Shown: piece by piece, positions 62,098 to 64,000 of the stretch
How the letters are laid out: each line of letters begins with the position of its first letter
How positions within the stretch are numbered: position 1 is the stretch's first letter
NCBI GenBank assembly: GCA_963693365.1
Contig: CAVNZM010000018.1
Coordinates: 2,448,411-2,512,410, forward strand
Length of the DNA: 64,000 nucleotides
Direction: 5' to 3'
Source of the DNA: Amoebidium appalachense
Taxonomy: Eukaryota; Protista; Ichthyosporea
Notes under the pieces: generated by a model
Databases searched by the model: none
What the model saw: only the letters and a program-made list of their open reading frames with translations
Told to the model about the DNA's origin: nothing
Translations under genes and position numbers: made by a program

Positions 62098-63243
62098 GGT
62101 CCGGTCATTGCGGAGGGGGCGAATTCAGTGCTGTGTTGTCAGTGGGGGGGAGGGAGGGTGGGGGGTGGGGAGAGGCTGATGCGTTATAAAGTACAAAGTA
62201 CACACCAACAACAGACGGGGAGGGGAGGGGGAGGGGGGGGAGGGAGGGGGGGGGGGGGGTGGACACCTTCCATGTGTTCGATGAGTGGGATGAGTGTGTG
62301 TGTGGCACGTGTACGTGAAGAAAGCAGAGGAGGGAAGCAGAGGAGCGGGGGGAGGGGGTGGGGGGGATGAGTGTGTGTGTGCATCAGCAAACATCACCCC
62401 GAGCTTTTTTGGGTAACATTGTCATCTTTTTATAACATTTTGGGTACCAATGTCGTACGAGGGTATACAATGTTACCAGTGTACAAACCCTAAATACAGA
62501 TTGCTAACATCGTGTTACAATTGTGTGTAACAGTATGGCAGTGGTATCACTCTGTATAACACACCGTTACCAGCATGTCACACAGAATGATATCACAGTT
62601 TTACACGGTCTGGTAACCATAATATATACAGTGTTACAAACGTGGTATCTTTCATTGCATACATGATTGTACAACGTTGGTACACAATGACACCGTAATG
62701 GTACATATTGGTATCATTGAACTGTTTGATATACCGGGGTAACCATTATATACCATTACGGTAACACCATCTTACCACGCCGGACACCGAACGGATACAT
62801 TTGTTGACATTGTGTTGCCATAAATTTAACTTTATTTTACATACTAGTGGTGACGCATTCGTACCAATATGCCAAATTCCTGTATACCACGGGATAACAC
62901 AGGAGTCACCAATTCTATACAAAGAGTTATACTTCAGATAACTAAAATCTACAATTCATGTACCAAAGGTGAACCCAGGTATACCACGAGAACGACACAT
63001 GTTTACCATTTATACATTACGGATAACATTAAAACGACATTACGATACCATTTGTATACGTTGACATGCCCGTTTGGTAACAAATGGGTGGTATTCGGTA
63101 TATACATTTTACTTTTATGTTAACCATACCGTACCATATTGTTATCAATTTGTATATCCCTCCCCCCCCCCCCCCCCCCCCTCCCTCCAGTTCTGCAGAC
63201 AGACACGAAGATGATGATCACTTTTTCTTTTTACTAAGTACTT

Positions 63244-63352
63244 GTGGCATCAAGCACACAAGTAAACAACACAACTAATATACCACCCCAGGTGGCATCC
63301 TACAGCACACAAGTTAACAACACAACTAACATACCACCCCAGGTGGCATCCA
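63244..63352. repeat. Tandem duplication of ~45-50 bp
   Basis: GTGGCATC..AGCACACAAGT.AACAACACAACTAA.ATACCACCCCAG occurs twice, followed by a third GTGGCATCC. Confidence 0.8.
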
Positions 63353-63512
63353 TTCTCTACTATCTACTTTATCTCACATCTCGTAACAACATTACTCTTA
63401 TGCAAACAAAAAATACCAAAAAGAATCATGACAAAAAAAGAAGAAAAAAAAGAAGAAAAAAAGAAAAAAAAAACTACCACACAAGCACAACAGGCTTGGC
63501 TGGGGCCGCATT

Positions 63513-63717
63513 TTAAGGCGGCGTCTCCTTCTCACTGATCTGCTGGCCGGGAGGGGTTGCAGTGGGGGTCGAAGGTTGCTGAGCACGTGGGGCCCCGTCG
63601 TCGGCAGGGGGGGGGGGGGGGGGTGGAAGACCTGGGGGGGGAGTCTTTCTCCTCCTCCTTTTCTTCTGTGGCCTTCTTCTCGAGACGGCGGAGAATCTCC
63701 TGGTGGTTCACCAACTC
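63513..63717 (-). CDS. Probable terminal exon of a gene extending beyond the window
   Basis: CTCCAG acceptor then ELVNHQEILRRLEKKATEEKEEEKDSPPRSSTPPP; across the poly-C run the most protein-like frame is ADDGAPRAQQPSTPTATPPGQQISEKETPP-TAA, which needs a 1-base correction. Confidence 0.45.
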
Positions 63718-64000
63718 CTGGAGAACAATGCATGTTAGATATGCATAAAGCAACTTGAAAGCGGAAGCAACTTGAAAGCGTATTCCCCTCCACCCAAAAA
63801 GACTAACCATCTAATCTATACAATCAACCAAACTCCTACAAGATGTGTAAGTAGATGTGATAAAAAATGCTGTGAGTCCTCTCCCATGATAACAACAAAG
63901 CTCTTCATTGTGTCTGGTCGTGAGCAACACAGAAACGAAAAACGGAAACAACAGCAGCCATAGGACAAAGAGCCGGTACCCACCTCTAGAGTGGCAAAAA

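Noticed and set aside
62400-63150. AT-rich stretch rich in GGTAAC/GTTACC/TACCA words
   Set aside because: No definable unit, termini or ORF; treated as a decayed satellite or low-complexity region.

Overview
Eukaryotic, extremely intron-rich DNA. Introns are packed with poly-C/poly-G tracts and (GT)n/(CA)n microsatellites, so almost all long ORFs in the supplied track are repeat translations. The NOL10/TPR similarities suggest an opisthokont, possibly a unicellular holozoan (inference only). Contents: (1) 125-37614 (+): 48 hand-spliced exons (~2,050 aa, 5' end outside the window) of a nuclear-basket TPR/Mlp1 coiled-coil protein. Its C-terminal tail carries a LEM-like/HeH-resembling segment, two bipartite NLS candidates and one apparent +1 frameshift. 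(2) ~39160-40303 (+): a decayed, intron-containing Sola2/DUF7869-like transposase fragment. (3) 43363-41403 (-): a NOL10/Enp2 copy that breaks off inside exon 3 and abuts an unrelated terminal exon. (4) 53883-62097 (-): a young Ty3/Gypsy chromodomain LTR retrotransposon with an in-frame gag-TAG-pol junction, a tRNA-Arg-like PBS and three frame breaks. (5) The probable last exon of a minus-strand gene at ~63513-63717. The introns also hold MITEs, minisatellites and a dispersed repeat family that conserves a hammerhead-like CUGANGA core and usually ends on a poly-C tract; this family is the most intriguing candidate for an undescribed system. All alignments were made by eye and reference sequences are quoted from memory.
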